From contig CAYLOF010000001.1 in NCBI GenBank assembly GCA_964385215.1, positions 1 to 27,768 of the forward strand: DNA of 27,768 nt, written 5' to 3'. The stretch comes from an uncultured Thermoplasmatales archaeon. GTDB taxonomy: Archaea > Thermoplasmatota > E2 > DHVEG-1. The notes below the pieces were generated by a model that saw only the letters and a list, made by a program, of their open reading frames with translations, searched no databases and was not told the DNA's origin. Below are positions 26,517 to 27,768 of the stretch, piece after piece (position 1 is the first letter of the stretch; every line of letters begins with the position of its first letter). Both the position numbers and the translations under genes were made by a program.

Positions 26517-27539
26517 ATGAAAAGTAAAATTGTTGCGTTCTTAATTTGCATGATGATGCTGGTAACCATTTTTGTTTCAGCAGGCAGCAATATAACAGAT
26601 AAAAATGTTGAAAATATATCTGTGCAAAAAACAGCTCTATTTGGCGATGATGTGCCAACCTGGGAGGAAGGAACAGTATGGACATATAAAATTGACAATT
26701 TTGATTTTACCTTTGCTGAAACAGAGGGAAGGTCAATAGATTTTCATCTATCAACAAGTGAGTTAAAGCTCAAAGTTGCAACGGAAACGGGACCATCATA
26801 TAGAACGGAATTTGAAGCAAATATAGAACTTGAGTTTGATATAAACATTGATCTTTATATTGAAGACAAGGACCCAATCATCATTTCTGGCAGCTTATTA
26901 GATGCAACCATTGAGGGCGACATCTATTTCGATAAATCCACATTAGGGATAAGAAAGATAGATGGTTATCTGACGGGTGTAATGAAGATAAATAGCACAT
27001 CCCCTATTAACCTGCAGTTTCTCGCATCTTTCCCAATTCCAATTACACTTAACCTAGATGTAGATTTTGATGAACCCTATACATTTATTGATTTTCCGAT
27101 TAATGCGGATGAAACATGGGGGCTTCCTCAAATAAATGTTACAATAGATGGAGAAATAAGGTCCATATGGTTGAGACTGGCCAACGTAGCTAATAAAATA
27201 TTGAGCTTATTTGGTATGGGTTTTATACCACCCGAACTTGCACAATTCCTCCCGATTGTTGATATTTCCGAAGTGTTGAATGCCTTCAACATTTCAGATA
27301 AAATGCCACTACCTAAAGTGCCAGACATATTTGAAAGTTCAAGTCAGAAGTCGATTACTGTTGAGGCAGGAACATATGATGCATATGACATATCGATTCT
27401 TGATGGAATTGGAAACATGTACTATTCTCCTGAAGTGGGAATGATTTTAAAAATGACAGGGAATTTCAACGATATGTTTCCATTTATGCAGGACATTAAC
27501 ATTGAGCTTAGTGACATAGGAGAAGAACAATTGGATTAG
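26517..27539 (+). CDS. Secreted hypothetical protein, DUF3108-like beta-sheet; translationally coupled to the C25 gene
   Basis: ATG 26517 lies 1 nt after the C25 stop, with a GGAGGT RBS inside the C25 final codons (ORF track starts at TTG 26502); signal peptide; PTWEEGTVWTY and ITVEAGTYDAY...YYSPEVGMILK motifs. Confidence 0.7.
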   Translation: MKSKIVAFLICMMMLVTIFVSAGSNITDKNVENISVQKTALFGDDVPTWEEGTVWTYKIDNFDFTFAETEGRSIDFHLSTSELKLKVATETGPSYRTEFEANIELEFDINIDLYIEDKDPIIISGSLLDATIEGDIYFDKSTLGIRKIDGYLTGVMKINSTSPINLQFLASFPIPITLNLDVDFDEPYTFIDFPINADETWGLPQINVTIDGEIRSIWLRLANVANKILSLFGMGFIPPELAQFLPIVDISEVLNAFNISDKMPLPKVPDIFESSSQKSITVEAGTYDAYDISILDGIGNMYYSPEVGMILKMTGNFNDMFPFMQDINIELSDIGEEQLD

Positions 27540-27666
27540 TTCTAAACTTCCATTGAACGCCAAATTATTTACAAATGCGGCAGAAAATTGTTGTTAAAAC
27601 GTATACTCCTTTACCTGTTTTATCTGCCTTAATTCCGATCTCTAAAACGCTATTATTAAACTGTGA

Positions 27667-27726
27667 GAAAACATTTATATAATGGAGAAGAATATATTAT
27701 ATTACCATAAATAGGGGACATAAACC
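27667..27726 (+). promoter_or_regulatory. BRE/TATA and RBS for the next gene
   Basis: GAAAACATTTATAT, sharing AAACATTTATA with the propeller promoters, and taGGGGAcataaaccATG. Confidence 0.55.
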
Positions 27727-27768
27727 ATGAAGAAAATATTGCCATTGTTACTAATAGGAATCCTAATC
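27727..27768 (+). CDS. Start of a secreted protein truncated by the window edge
   Basis: MKKILPLLLIGILI resembles the C25 signal peptide MKETLPILIVGILI. Confidence 0.6.
   Translation, partial: MKKILPLLLIGILI

Noticed and set aside
888-27328. Numerous 60-130-aa antisense or alternate-frame ORFs in the track (e.g. 10615..10872, 17425..17736, 19195..19539, 21929..22309, 22499..22894, 25302..25694)
   Set aside because: They overlap well-supported genes and lack signals or motifs; the similarity of 17425..17736 and 19195..19539 only mirrors the duplicated sense-strand block
1-27768. Mobile element, prophage, or tRNA/rRNA genes
   Set aside because: No transposase, integrase, phage structural motif, terminal inverted repeat or structured RNA signature was seen; intergenic regions are short and very AT-rich

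Overview
AT-rich (roughly one-third GC, by eye) archaeal-style window with 18 complete CDS plus one partial CDS. Every one has an N-terminal signal peptide, lipobox or signal anchor; I see no housekeeping gene, RNA gene, CRISPR array or mobile element. Archaeal TATA-like promoters, GGTGA/GGAG/GGGG ribosome-binding sites and oligo-T terminators are present. The protein repertoire (C25 gingipain-like peptidases, PKD domains, NosD/CASH beta-helices, SGC lipoproteins, a PGF-CTERM-like tail) resembles Thermoplasmatota class E2 (MBG-D/DHVEG-1); this is inferred, not verified. Order: a convergent pair of paralogous alpha/alpha-barrel proteins, five tandem lipoproteins, an Omp28/thioredoxin-like protein, a PKD protein, a rhodanese-PKD fusion, a 1253-aa PPC + CWB2-like + clan CD peptidase, three Asp-box propeller paralogues, a beta-repeat protein, a beta-helix protein, and a C25 peptidase coupled to a DUF3108-like gene. 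Most notable: (1) two tandem propeller genes with about 95-97% identical promoter/signal and C-terminal/terminator ends around a highly diverged core; (2) a ~100-aa C-terminal domain ending in a hydrophobic strand, shared by four secreted proteins, which is a candidate sorting domain; (3) an apparent two-gene fusion joined at a T9 tract; (4) a clan CD peptidase with split CWB2-like repeats. All family calls come from motifs read by eye; no database search was run.
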